From: an uncultured Chloroflexia bacterium
GTDB taxonomy: Bacteria; Chloroflexota; Limnocylindria; Limnocylindrales; CSP1-4
Reading direction: 5' to 3'
DNA: 64,000 bases
Assembly (NCBI GenBank): GCA_963837825.1
Contig: CAWIOR010000015.1
Coordinates: forward strand, 710,235 to 774,234
The position numbers and the translations under genes were made by a program. Shown here piece by piece: positions 21,139-31,645 of this stretch. Position 1 is the first letter of the stretch. Each line of letters begins with the position of its first letter. Under the pieces are notes generated by a model. It saw only the letters and a program-made list of their open reading frames with translations. It was not told the origin of the DNA and did no database searches.

Positions 21139-22008
21139 TCAGCGGGTCGGCGACTCCGGATCGCCCGCCGGGCGAGAGCCTTCCACCTCGTAACGCCGGT
21201 CCCGCCAGGCGAGGGCCGCCTTGAGGCCGTCCCGTCGGACGATCTCGTCCCACTCGCGCTGCTCGGGCGTGTCGGCGGCGTTGATGATCGCCCCGAGGTC
21301 GAGCCCGGCCTCGACCGCCGGCGGAACCCGGCGGCCTCCATCGCCCGGTTGAGCATCGGCTTCGTCGGGCGCCATCACCTCGGGCGGGGTCCGGGCGAGC
21401 CGGTCGGCCAGCGCGTCGACCTCGGCGGCCAGCCGGTCGGCCGGGACGACCCGGTTGACCAGCCCGATCCGCTCGGCCTCGGCCGCGTCGATGAGGTCGC
21501 CGGTGAGCAGCAGCTCGCGGGTCTTCTTCTGGCCGACGAGGGACGGCATCAGCAGGGTCACCGGCGCCGAGCCGTAGCGGATCTCCGGCTCGCCGAGCTG
21601 CGTCCCCTCGGCCGCCACGACGAGGTCGCAGGCCATCGCCAGCTCGAGGGCGCCGGCCAGGCAGTAGCCGTGGACCTGGGCGATGACCGGCTTCGGGCAG
21701 TCGCCAGACGCTCAGCGTCACCGCGACGTCCCGCGGCGAGCAGCGTCGCGCCAGCCGACGGGCCCTCGATGCGCCGCTCGACCTCCTCGGTGAGGTCGTA
21801 GCCGGCGCAGAAGGCCCGGCCGGCACCCTCGATCACGACGACGCGGACGTCCGGGTCGGCGGCGGCCTCGGCGATCGCGCCGATCGAGCGCGTCGACGAG
21901 CTGGCCCGACGAGGGCGTTGAGCTTCGCCGGCCGGTCGAGGACGAGGCGGACGCCCCACGGCGTCGGTCGGCAGGAGGACCGGCTCGGGCTCGGCGTCGA
22001 CGCGGCAT
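21139..22008 (-). CDS. Enoyl-CoA hydratase/isomerase (crotonase) family protein, frameshifted
   Basis: GGAGGA-N5-ATG at 22008. VRLVLDRPAKLNAL, VRVVVIEGAGRAFCAGYDL, VHGYCLAGALELAMACDLVVAAEGTQLGEPE, TGDLIDAAEAERIGLVNRVVP across three frames. Confidence 0.65.
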
Positions 22009-24265
22009 CGGCCTCCTCCAGGACGACGAGGGCGTCGACGGCCACGCGCGCCGCCGGCGGAGGCGATGACCGGGTTGAGGTCGACCTCGACGATGTCCGG
22101 GCCGTGCCAGCCGAGCGGCCGAGGGCCACGATGATCGGCGACGATGCGCCGCGGTCGACCGGCGGCCGGCCCGCGGACGCCGCGCAGGAGCGCGGCGCCC
22201 GCGCAGCTCGTCGAGCATCGCGAGCGCGCGGCCTCGCGTCGAGCGGCGCCAGCCGGATCGGCGACGTCGTCGAGGACCTCGGCGAAGACGCCGCCGAGCC
22301 CGACCAGGACCGCCGGGCCGAACTGGGGGTCGCGGTGCAGCCCGACGATCAGCTCGACGCCCGGGCTCGGCCATCGGCTCGACGAGCACGCCGCGGACCG
22401 TCGAGCGCCGCGGCGCCGCGGCCGAGCTCGAGCAGGTCCGGCGGCCGCCCGGACCGCGTCGTCGCCGACGAGGCCGAGCGCGGACGCCGCCGATGTCGCT
22501 CTTGTGGGCCAGGCCGACGCGCGTCGAGCTTCAGCGACCACCGGGCCAGCCGAGCGCGCCGCGCCGCGGCGACCGCGGCGCCGGCGTCCGGCGCGGCGAC
22601 GCCGCGCGTGACCGGCGAGGCCGGCGTCGCGCAGCAGCGCGAGGCTCTCGCGCTCGGACAGGACGGCGGCCGCGGGCCGGGACGGGCCGTCGAGTCGGCG
22701 TCGGGTCGTGGCCGTACGGCGTCCGGTCGGCGGCCAGCGCCGGCCAGGCGGGCCGGCCCGGCCCGTCCGCGCCGGCGCTCGGCGTGCCGGCGCTCCCACC
22801 GGGCGCCGCGGCGATCGCCGCTGAACGCCTCGCGCGCGCCGCGCAGGAGCGGGATCCCGCCGGCCGCGTCGAGCAGCGCCTGCGACCTCGGGCGTCGGCT
22901 CGCCGCGAGGTCAGCGAGACGTAGACCGGCAGGATCTCCGGGCGGTCGCGCGGTGGCCGCGAGCAGGGCCGGTGACGCTCGGTCGCGAGTCGCGACCTCG
23001 CCGGGCAGGGAGCGGTACGGGAAGTCGTGGACGAGGCCGAGGACGTCGTAGGCGCCGGACTCGGCGAACGCCGCGAAGCACGGCCGCGTAGCGCCGCCTC
23101 GGCGTCGCCGGCGCCCCACGGGTCGAGCGGGTTGCCGATGTAGCCCATCGTCGGCAGGTCGCGCAGGATCGCGCGCGCGGGCGGCTCCGGGACCGGCGGC
23201 AGGTCGAGCCCGGTCCGCGGCGCAGGTCGGCGATGAGCGATGCCTCGCCGGTCGACACGGTGACGATGCCCGTCCGGCCCCGGCCGACCCCCGGCCGAGG
23301 CGGCGGCAGCCCGCGATGCAGCTCGGCCGCCTCGAGCAGCTCGTCGAGGTCGGCGCAGCGGACGACGCCGGCCGCGTCGAGCGCCGCGTCGGTCACCCGG
23401 GCCTCGCCGGCGAGCGAGCCGGAGTGGGCGACCGCCGCCTCCTGGGCCTGGGCGCACCGCCCGACCTTCACGGCGAGGATCGGCTTGCCAGCTCGAGCGC
23501 CCGGTCGGCCAGGGCGAGGAACCGCTCCGGGCGCTTGAACCCCTCGACGAACAGGATGACCTGTCGGGTCTCCGGGTCGTCGAGGCAGTGGGCGAGGTAG
23601 TCGCAGACGTCGAGGACGACCTCGCGCCGCAGCCGATGATCCGCGACGAAGCCGATCCGGGTCCCCGAGTGGATGAACGCGTCGGTGACCGAGCCGGACT
23701 GGGCGATCCCGGCGACGCCGCCGCGGCGGCAGCCACGGGTTGACGTCGCCGATGTAGGCGGCCCTGTTCGTCGTAGGTCGACGATGCCCATGCAGTTCGG
23801 GCCGAGGAGGGCGATGCCGTGCCGGCGGGCGATCTCGCGGACCTCCGCTGCATCGCGGCCGCCGCCTCGCCGCCCTCGACGACGCCGCCGCCGGGGATGA
23901 TCGACGGCCGGCACCCCGGCGCCGCGGCCGCCTCGCGTGCACCGCCGTCGCGCGCAGCGGGTTGAGCGCGACGATCGACGGGGTCGGGGACCTCCGGCAG
24001 CGCCGTCGAGCGCCGGGATAGCACGGCTGGCCGACACGCTCGTCGTACTTGGGGTTGACGAAGTGGCAGCGGGTCGCGCTGCCGATGGACGCGCAGATTG
24101 TCCCGGACGGTCTTCGCGATGTCCGAGCGCGGCGAGGCCCCGACGACGGCGATCGAGCGCGGGGCGAAGAGCGGCCGGAGGTCGATGGCCGGGCGGGCGC
24201 GCGGCGCCGGCCGGCCCGGTCGAACGCCGGCGGCGCTCGACGTCCGGGACGCGATACCCGCTCAC
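22005..24265 (-). CDS. NDP-forming acyl-CoA synthetase (CoA-binding + CoA-ligase + ATP-grasp domains), heavily frameshifted; 3' end approximate
   Basis: SIAVVGASPRSDI, ALLGPNCMGIV, GIAQSGSVTDAF, VILFVEGFKRPERF, GKPILAVKVG, AHSGSLAG, IVTVSTGEASL, ATP-grasp part SERESLALL...VELIVGLHRDPQFGPAVLVGLGGVFAEVL...VEVDLNPV. The GTG start overlaps the ACAD stop (GTGA at 24262-24265). Confidence 0.6.
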
Positions 24266-25443
24266 CCGACCACCCGGCCGACGCCGCGCTTCTCGAGCGC
24301 CCGGGCGATGATCCAGGCGCTGGATCTCGCTGACGTCCCCTCCCAGATCCGGTCGACCCGGAGCTCGCGGAAGAACCGCTCGGCCGGCGTTCTCGCGCAT
24401 GTAGCCGCGGCCGCCGAACACCTGGACGACCCGGTCCGCGCAGCGGAAGGCCGCCTCGGACGCGAACAGCTTCGCCAGCGACGCCTTGGCGTGGACGACC
24501 TTCGGGTCGGCCCCGCCGTCGGCCAGCCAGGCGCACTCGCGGGTCAGCAGGCGGGCCGCCGACGCGTCGGCCGCGGAGTCGGCGAGCGGGAAGCTGACCC
24601 CCTGGAAGTCGTAGATCCGCTGGCCGAACTGGACGCGCTCGGTGGCCCACTCGACGGCCAGCGTCGAGCAGCCGCTCCATCGCCCCGCTGCAGCGGGCGC
24701 CGATGTGGATCCGCTCCTCGACGAACCACTCGTTGGTCAGCTCGTCGGCGGCGCCGATCTCGCCGAGGATCGCCGGCCGGGACGCGGACGTCCTCCAGCA
24801 CGAACTGGGGGTGCCGGTCGGCGAACGTGTGGGTGTAGTCCGGGTCGTGCTTGATGCGGAGGCCCGGGGTGTCGTAGTCGACGAGGAAGAGGGTCGGCCG
24901 GCGCGCCGTCGCCATCGACGACGTTGCAGTGGAAGATCATGAAGTCGGTGTCGTCCGGCCCGGTCACGAACCACTTCTCGCCGTTCAGGACGTAGTCGCC
25001 GGTCGCCGGGTCGCGGACCGCCGTGGCGGCCAGCGTCCGCGGCGTCCGAGCCGGCGCCGTCCTCGGTGATCGCGTAGGAGCCGGAGCGCTCGCCGCGCAG
25101 CGACGGGTCGAGGTAGCGCCGGCGCTGGTCGGCGTCGCAGTGGATCGAGCGACGTTGTAGGCGCCCGGGATGTACGACCAGAGACCGCCGGTGACCTGGC
25201 CGAGCTGCTCGTGGACGACCACGTGCTCCATGGCCGTCCAGCCCTGCCCGCCGAGCGCCCGCGGCAGCGAGCCGCCGTGGAGGCCGCGCCGCGATCGCGG
25301 CCCGGCGGAGCTCGCGGCCCGCTCGCGGGCAGCCGCCCGCCGGCCCGCTCGAACTCGACCTCGAGCGGCTGGAGGACGTCGCGGACGTAGGCGCGCGCGC
25401 GCGCCTGGAGCTCGAGCTCGGCCGGCGTGAGGGTCAGGTCCAT
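24262..25443 (-). CDS. Acyl-CoA dehydrogenase, frameshifted
   Basis: MDLTLTPAELELQARARAYVRDVLQPLE, YAITE..GAGSD, DYVLNGEKWFVTG, QFGQRIYDFQGVSFPLAD, QVFGGRGYMRE, IWEGTSEIQR pieces in three frames. Stop 24262-24264. Confidence 0.65.
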
Positions 25444-25569
25444 CGGCCCGATGGTGGCCCGCGCGCCGGACGGCGGGCCGAGCCGTCCCGAGCGACGGGA
25501 CGCGCCAGGTCGGAGAGGCGAGACAATCCGCCGGACGTGACACGGCACTGCGACGACGGAGAGTCCCCG

Positions 25570-27368
25570 ACCCGGAGGTTCGTCTTCCGGACGCCCTCGC
25601 GCTGGCGGGGCTGCTGGGGCTCGGTGTCGGCCTGCCGCTCCTGCTCGGCACGTTGTCCGGCGCATCGTCATCCCGCACAACGACGACCCCTCGATGCGCC
25701 GGGTCGCTCTCGGCCTGTCTCGAGACTCGGGTCGCCTCGAGCTGAACGGCTGGACCGCGATGATGCTCGATCGGCCAGATCGCCTTCGTCCAGCCGTTTC
25801 TGTGGGCGATCGGCGGCGGACCGTGGGCCTTCGCCGCCGGCCACGGTCGTCCCTGGCCGTCGTGGGGATCGTCGCGGGCTACATCCTGGTCCGGCGCATC
25901 CTGTCCGTGCCGCGGGCCACGGTGGCCGTCCTCGGTGTGCTGCTCTTCCCGGGCTTCCTCCTGAACACGACGTCGTTCATGACCGACGTGCCGGCCTGGG
26001 CGGTGTCGACCGCCTGTCTGGCCCTCGGAGCGGCTGCGCTCGACCGGACAGCGGCACCGGCCGATGGCGCTGGCTCATCGCCTCTCTCGTGCGTCGGCTG
26101 CTTCGCGTTCAGCATCCGCGAGTTCGCCATCGCCGCTCCGGTCGCGGTCCTGGTCGCCGCTGCGGCATCGCGGAGCCGGCTCGCGCCAGCCCGTACTGGA
26201 TCGCCGGCGCTGTCGCTGCTTGTCGGCATGCGCGGCGGCCTACCTGTTCGCTGTCCACATGCCCGGACGGAACGAGGTGCAGCTCGACCTCCTCTCGAGC
26301 TCGAGGATCCGGGGGCCTGAGCCGCGGCATTCGCGACGCTCGCCCTCGTCCTGTCGCCGGCGCTCGGACTCGCGGCCGCTGCGTGGTGGCGTCGCTGGCG
26401 GCTTCCGGAGGTGGTCGCTCGGAGGCGTGCGTCGGGGTGCTCGTCTATCGTGAGCCCCTGGTCACGCTCGCTGCGCACCGGCTGCGTCGTCGAGAGCTGC
26501 TCCTGGGCAACCTGCTCGAGCCGACCGGCAACCTTGGCGTCGGCGACGCTTACCGGGGGTCGCCCGGTGCTCTACCTCTCGCCGACGTGGCAGGTGCTCA
26601 ACACGATCGCGCTGCTCGCCGCCATGGGACTGTGCGCGATCGCGGGTGGGCGCGGCCGGAGCGTACCTGCGACGGGCTCGGCGGCGGACTCCAGCGACGG
26701 GCATGGTCTTCGGAGCATTCGCCGTCGACGTCGGATCGACGAAGGGGCTGCTGGCGGTCTTCGCGACGCTCGACGCCGGAGGGGATCTTCAGCTGGGGCT
26801 CCGTGGTCACACACGTTCGACCGATACCTCTGGCTGCTCGCCCTGCCGCTCTACGCGCTGCTCCTGACGCGGCCGGCTCCGGCCGCCAGCCGATCGACGA
26901 GACGAGCGCGGCCGGGGTCGGGCGGCGGAACGATCGGCGGGCCTCGCCGTCGGGCGGCCGTCGACAGACTGGCCACCGGAGCGTCGGCCGTCCTGCTCGC
27001 CGGCCTCGCGGTGACAACGGTCGTCCTCCTCGCCAACGCCAACGCGTTCGAGGCCGCCCGCTGGCGCATGGGCGAGCTTGCCGTGGCCCGCGGGCATCCA
27101 GGCGGGAACCGTCGATGCCGGGCTCGAATGGGTTTCCTTCCATGCGACGGGCGTCGCCACGCCGTACGCGAAGGCGCCGCCCGGGTGGAGCCGCTTCGAC
27201 GCGTGGTGGCCATCGTTCCGCCTGTGTGCGATGGTCTCGGCGTCCCCGCTCGACCGGCCGGACCTGAGCCTGATCGAGGCCGACCCGGCGGCCTACCGCC
27301 TCCTCCTGTTCGGCGGGCCGACCGAGCCGCTCTACCTCTATCGCGCGGCGGGAGCCGACTGCCCGTGA
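25570..27368 (+). CDS. Polytopic membrane glycosyltransferase-like protein (GT39/ArnT-PMT-like), many frameshifts; start approximate
   Basis: LALAGLLGLGVGLPLLLG, IPHNDD, LVRRILSVPRATVAVLGVLLFPGFLLNTTSFMTDVPAWAV, FAFSIREFAIAAPVAVLV, YLWLLALPLYALLL, C-terminal soluble piece GIQAGTVDAGLEWVSFHATG...LYLYRAAGADCP, stop 27368. Confidence 0.45.
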
Positions 27369-27450
27369 TGGGGCGTCGGCGATCGCCAGGGGATTGAAGC
27401 CCGCACGGCCAGGCCCGGACGCGTCGTCGAGGCCGGGCGCCGCGGTCGGA

Positions 27451-27699
27451 TCAGCCGCCGAGGATCTTGCGGCGGCGCTCGTACTCCTCGTCGTCGATCT
27501 CGCCCCGGGCGAAGCGCTCGCGGAGGATCTCCAGCGGGTCCGGACCGCGGGCGGCACCGCCGTGGCCGCGTTCCGCCCGCAGGAACCAGCGGATCGCCAG
27601 GATCAGCAGGGCGAGGACCAGTGCGACGAACAGGACCCACAGGAGGACCCAGACGAGCGCGACGACCCCGAACCCGCTGGATCCGTAGAACTCCATCAC
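27451..27699 (-). CDS. SHOCT-domain small membrane protein
   Basis: Intact 82 aa. One TM (VVALVWVLLWVLFVALVLALLILAI) followed by PLEILRERFARGEIDDEEYERRRKIL, the SHOCT signature. Confidence 0.75.
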   Translation of the reverse strand: MMEFYGSSGFGVVALVWVLLWVLFVALVLALLILAIRWFLRAERGHGGAARGPDPLEILRERFARGEIDDEEYERRRKILGG

Positions 27700-27719
27700 C
27701 GAACCCTCCTCCGCGAGCC

Positions 27720-29165
27720 TTACTGCGGCTGGGCCACGACCATGATCCGGAGCTCGGTCATGTCCTCGATCGCCCAGCGGAGACCCTCGCGGCCCAGGCC
27801 GGAGTCCTTGACCCCGCCGTAGGGCATGTGGTCGATCCGGTAGGTCGGGACATCGTTGACGATGACCCCGCCGACCTCGAGGCCCTCGAACGCGCGCCAG
27901 CTGTGGGCGAGGTCGTTGGTGAAGACGCCGGTCTGGAGCCCGAACATCGAGTCGTTGACCCGGGCGATCGCGTCGTCGAAGTCGCTGAACGGGAAGGCCA
28001 CGACGAGCGGCGCGAACGCCTCGTTCGAGCAGACCTGGGCGCTGACCGGGGTGTCGATCAGGATCGTCGGCGGGAAGAACGTCCCGTCGGCCTTGCCCCC
28101 GAGGAGCAGCTTGCCGCCGAGGGCGACGGCCTCGTCGACCCAGCGCTGGGTCCGCGACGCCGCGGCCGCGTCGACCATCGGACCGAGATCCGTCTGCGGA
28201 TCGGCCGGGTCGCCCAGCCTGAGGTTCCGGGCGCCCTCGACGAGCTTCGCCATGAACGGCTCCCAGACGTCCTGGTGGACGAACATCCGCTGGACGCTGA
28301 TGCAGACCTGGCCGGCGTAGCTGAACGCGCCGATGAGGATCCGTCGGACGGCCCAGTCGAGGTCGGCGGTCCGGTCGACGATGACCCCCGCGTTCCCGCC
28401 GAGCTCGAGGACGACCTTCTTCTTGCCGGCCCGGGCCTTCATCCGCCAGCCGACCGATGGGCTGCCGGTGAAGGTGAGGAGCTTGAACCGCTCGTCCTCG
28501 ACCATCCGGTCGCCGAGCTCGCGGGTCATCGGCAGGATGCTCACCGCCCCCTGGGGCAGGCCGGCCTCGGCGATGATCTCGCCGACGGTCAGCATCGTGA
28601 GCGGGTCCTTCGACGGCGGCTTGAGGACGACCGAGCAGCCCGCCGCGATCGCCGGCGACAGCTTGTGGCAGGCCAGGTTGAGCGGGAAGTTGAACGGGCT
28701 GATCGCCGCGACCGGGCCGATCGGGAAGCGCCGGGTGACCCCGAGCCGGCCCCGGGACGCCGGCATCAGGTCGAGCGGGATCGTCTCGCCGGTCATCCGC
28801 TCGGCCTCCTCGGCCCCGAGCCGGAAGGTCAGGACCGCCCGGTCGACCTCCACGAGCGCGTCACGGATCGGCTTGCCCGCCTCGGCGCAGATGAGCGCGC
28901 CGAGCTCCTCGCGCCGGGCGGCGATCCCGGCGCTGATCGCGCGGAGGATCCGACCGCGCTCGTAGGCCGGCAGCCGGCGGGTCTCCTCGAACGCGGCGAC
29001 CGCCGCGGACACCGCCTCCTCGTACTGGGCCTCGGTCGCGTGGAACGTGGCGCCGGCCGGGTGATCCGGGTGGGCCGGGTTCGTGACGGCGAGCGGATCC
29101 GGGGAGTCGACCCAGCGGCCGGCGAGGAGGATCGGATGCGGGCTGGTGATCGTGGCGGTGGCCAT
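27720..29165 (-). CDS. NAD(P)+-dependent aldehyde dehydrogenase
   Basis: Intact 481 aa from ATG 29165. SPFNFPLNL, KPPSKDPL, VLELGGNAG (catalytic Glu), AGQVCISVQR (catalytic Cys), EAFAP, PYGGVKDSGLGREG. The ORF-track N-terminal extension to 30224 is antisense to PPK2 and was rejected. Confidence 0.9.
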   Translation of the reverse strand: MATATITSPHPILLAGRWVDSPDPLAVTNPAHPDHPAGATFHATEAQYEEAVSAAVAAFEETRRLPAYERGRILRAISAGIAARREELGALICAEAGKPIRDALVEVDRAVLTFRLGAEEAERMTGETIPLDLMPASRGRLGVTRRFPIGPVAAISPFNFPLNLACHKLSPAIAAGCSVVLKPPSKDPLTMLTVGEIIAEAGLPQGAVSILPMTRELGDRMVEDERFKLLTFTGSPSVGWRMKARAGKKKVVLELGGNAGVIVDRTADLDWAVRRILIGAFSYAGQVCISVQRMFVHQDVWEPFMAKLVEGARNLRLGDPADPQTDLGPMVDAAAASRTQRWVDEAVALGGKLLLGGKADGTFFPPTILIDTPVSAQVCSNEAFAPLVVAFPFSDFDDAIARVNDSMFGLQTGVFTNDLAHSWRAFEGLEVGGVIVNDVPTYRIDHMPYGGVKDSGLGREGLRWAIEDMTELRIMVVAQPQ

Positions 29166-29348
29166 CTCGGGTCTCCTGGCGGGGCGACGGGCGGGCGTCC
29201 CAGGCTGCGCACGGCAAGGTCGGGTCCATGATACGCGGCGGCCGAACCGCGCCCGTTCCGCCGGTCCCTGTATCCTGCCGGCGACCGGTCGGTCGCCGTC
29301 CGTGGGACGCAGCCCCGGGACCAGCCTGCCGCCGACGCGAGGGACGCC

Positions 29349-30176
29349 ATGGCTCGAACCGTCTCGACCCGGAAGCTCGGCGACGCGCTCCGGGTGAAGC
29401 CCGGCTCGAAGGTCCGACTGACGGAGTTCGACGCCGACCAGACGTTCGGGCACGACAAGGCCGGGGCGGTCGAGACCGCGGACGCGCTCGAGGCGCGCCT
29501 GACCTCGCTCCAGGAGCGCCTGTGGGCGGAGGCCAGGCACCCCGTCCTCATCGTCCTCCAGGGGATCGACGCGGCCGGCAAGGACGGCACGATCCGCCAT
29601 GTCATGGACGCCTTCAACCCGCAGGGCTGCAGCGTGGTCGGCTTCAAGGTCCCGACTTCGCTCGAGCTCGCCCACGACTACCTGTGGCGGGTCCATCCCA
29701 ACACTCCGGCGAAGGGGACGATCTCGATCTTCAACCGCTCCCACTACGAGGACGTCCTGGTCGTCCGGGTCCACGAGCTGGTCCCGGAGACGGTCTGGCG
29801 CCCGCGCTACCGACACATCAACGAGTGGGAGCGGATGCTGACCGACGAGGGCACCACGATCATCAAGTTCTTCCTGTGCATCGACCGGGACGAGCAGAGG
29901 CAGCGCCTCGAGGCCCGCCGGGACGACCCGACCAAGAGCTGGAAGTTCTCGAAGACCGACCTCGCCGAGCGGGCGCTCTGGGACCGGTACGTCGAGGCCT
30001 TCGAGGAGTGCCTCGAGCGGACGTCCACCAGCTACGCCCCGTGGTACCTGGTCCCGGCCAACCGGAAGTGGTTCCGCAACCTGGCCGTCTCCCGGATCGT
30101 GGCCGAGACGATCGAGGCGCTCGATCCGCAGTACCCGCCGCCGGAGCCCGGCAGCCAGGACCTCGTCGTCGAGTAG
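29349..30176 (+). CDS. Polyphosphate kinase 2 family (polyphosphate:nucleotide phosphotransferase)
   Basis: Intact 275 aa. [20 protein letters not shown] (Walker A), [42 protein letters not shown]. Confidence 0.85.
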   Translation: MARTVSTRKLGDALRVKPGSKVRLTEFDADQTFGHDKAGAVETADALEARLTSLQERLWAEARHPVLIVLQGIDAAGKDGTIRHVMDAFNPQGCSVVGFKVPTSLELAHDYLWRVHPNTPAKGTISIFNRSHYEDVLVVRVHELVPETVWRPRYRHINEWERMLTDEGTTIIKFFLCIDRDEQRQRLEARRDDPTKSWKFSKTDLAERALWDRYVEAFEECLERTSTSYAPWYLVPANRKWFRNLAVSRIVAETIEALDPQYPPPEPGSQDLVVE

Positions 30177-30261
30177 CGCCACCGTCCCCCGTTCGGCCCG
30201 AACCGCACCGGACCAACGGGGCATCGACGCCGCCGACGGTCCTGTCTACGGTCGGGGTCGA

Positions 30262-31630
30262 GTGGATACATACCGCCGCGGCCGCTTGCCGCTGATCCGG
30301 TTTGTGGCGCCTTCGCTCGTCGTGGCGATGGTGCTCGGCTTCAGCGCGCCCTTGGTCACCCCCGTTGCGGCGGAGTCCTGCACACAAACCAATAGCTCGC
30401 ACACGACTTCGCTCAACGGCGGCACCGTGAGCCCTCCTTCCGGATTGACGTCCCAGACGTTCACGTTCTCTGTTGTCTACAGTGACAACCGCGGCCGCAC
30501 GCCATATCAGGACGCTGTGACCGTAACCGTATCCGGGGCCGGAACGTATCCCATGACCACGGTTGGCGGGGACTACAGCAGCGGCGTGACGTACACCTTC
30601 GGGACGAAGCTACCGGCTGGAAACCACACCTACTCCTTCAGTACGACCGGTCGCACAAGGATCCGGAAACCCGGAACCTGCACCGTCGTCCTGAGCGCAG
30701 TCAGCCCGACCAGCGTCAAGGTATCCGCTCCCACCCCCAAGCCGAAGCCGAAGCCGAAGCCGACGGCGAAGCCCACGCCCAGGCCGACGCCGAAGCCAAC
30801 GCCGAAGCCAACGCCGAAGCCGACGCCGAAGCCCACGCCGAAGCCGGCGGTCGTGACCCCGACTCCGGGATCGACCCCGACACCAACGGCGACCGACGCG
30901 CCCACCGCCACCGCGTCGGCGGCGCCGACGCCCACCGGCGGAGGAATCGGCGCCATCGGCGGGGACCGGGGGCACGGGCGGTGGCGGGTCGGGCGGATCG
31001 GATGGCGGTGGCGGGTCGGGCGGGCCCGACCTGACCGGCGCGGAAGTCCCGGGTGGCCTCGGGCTGTGGATGACCGCGGCCCTGCTCGGCGGGCTCGGGT
31101 TCATCTTCCTGTTGTTCACGCGTCGTCGGCGCCGGCCGGAGGAGGCCCTCGACGCCGGCGGGGCGATGGCGCTCGCGGCCGCCGGGCCGCTCCCGGTCGT
31201 GCCGCCACCGACGGCGCCGCGGCCCGCCCCGGTCCTGCCCGACACGCCGGACGAGGAAGCTCACATGCCGCGCTGGCGCCGGCCGTCGGTCCAGTCGGCC
31301 CGCAAGGCCTCGAGCCGCGGGATCGAGCTGCCCCACGTGCCCGTGGCGTTCCGGGACGCGGCGACCGACGTCGAGCGGCGGCGCATCCGCTACCGCCTGG
31401 TCCGGGTCTCCTCGATCCCCGACGAGATCATGGGCGACGAGGTCGCCCGGCTCGACCGCGGCGACGAGGTCGAGCTGATCCGGTCGGCCGGCGCCTACTG
31501 GCTGGTCCGCACTCCGTTCGGCGCCGAGGGCTGGGTCCACCAGATGACCCTCGAGACGAGCGCCCCCGAGCCGGACGACGACGCCCCGATCGACGACGCG
31601 CCCATCGACGACAACGAGCCGCCGTTCTGA
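30262..31630 (+). CDS. Type-I membrane-anchored protein: signal peptide, Ig-like ectodomain, (T/K)P repeat linker, Gly-rich spacer, TM, cytoplasmic SH3-like domain; one frameshift near 30950
   Basis: [19 protein letters not shown]; FTFSVVYSD...GNHTYSF; [37 protein letters not shown]; second frame [21 protein letters not shown]...[24 protein letters not shown] (ORF 31070..31630); [28 protein letters not shown]. Confidence 0.55.
30735..30847 (+). repeat. Coding tandem repeat (CCGAAG x3-4 then about five 12-nt units NCGCCGAAGCCN) encoding PK/TPKP linker
   Basis: Read directly: cccaagccgaagccgaagccgaagccgacggcgaagcccacgcccaggccgacgccgaagccaacgccgaagccaacgccgaagccgacgccgaagcccacgccgaagccg. Confidence 0.85.
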
Positions 31631-31645
31631 CCGACCCGGGCCCGC

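Noticed and set aside
29279-29298. Palindrome CGGCGACCG-GT-CGGTCGCCG next to a TATCCT hexamer between the ALDH and PPK2 genes as a specific operator
   Set aside because: The palindrome is real (9-bp arms), but no regulator gene is adjacent and the motif is not repeated in the window. On sequence alone it cannot be distinguished from a chance GC-rich hairpin.
30735-30847. Short tandem repeats (here and at about 61460-61540) as a CRISPR array or satellite
   Set aside because: The units are 6-12 nt with no spacers. They are in frame and encode Pro/Lys/Thr or Ser/Pro/Thr linkers inside ORFs, so they are coding low-complexity repeats. No CRISPR-like repeat-spacer periodicity was seen anywhere in the window.
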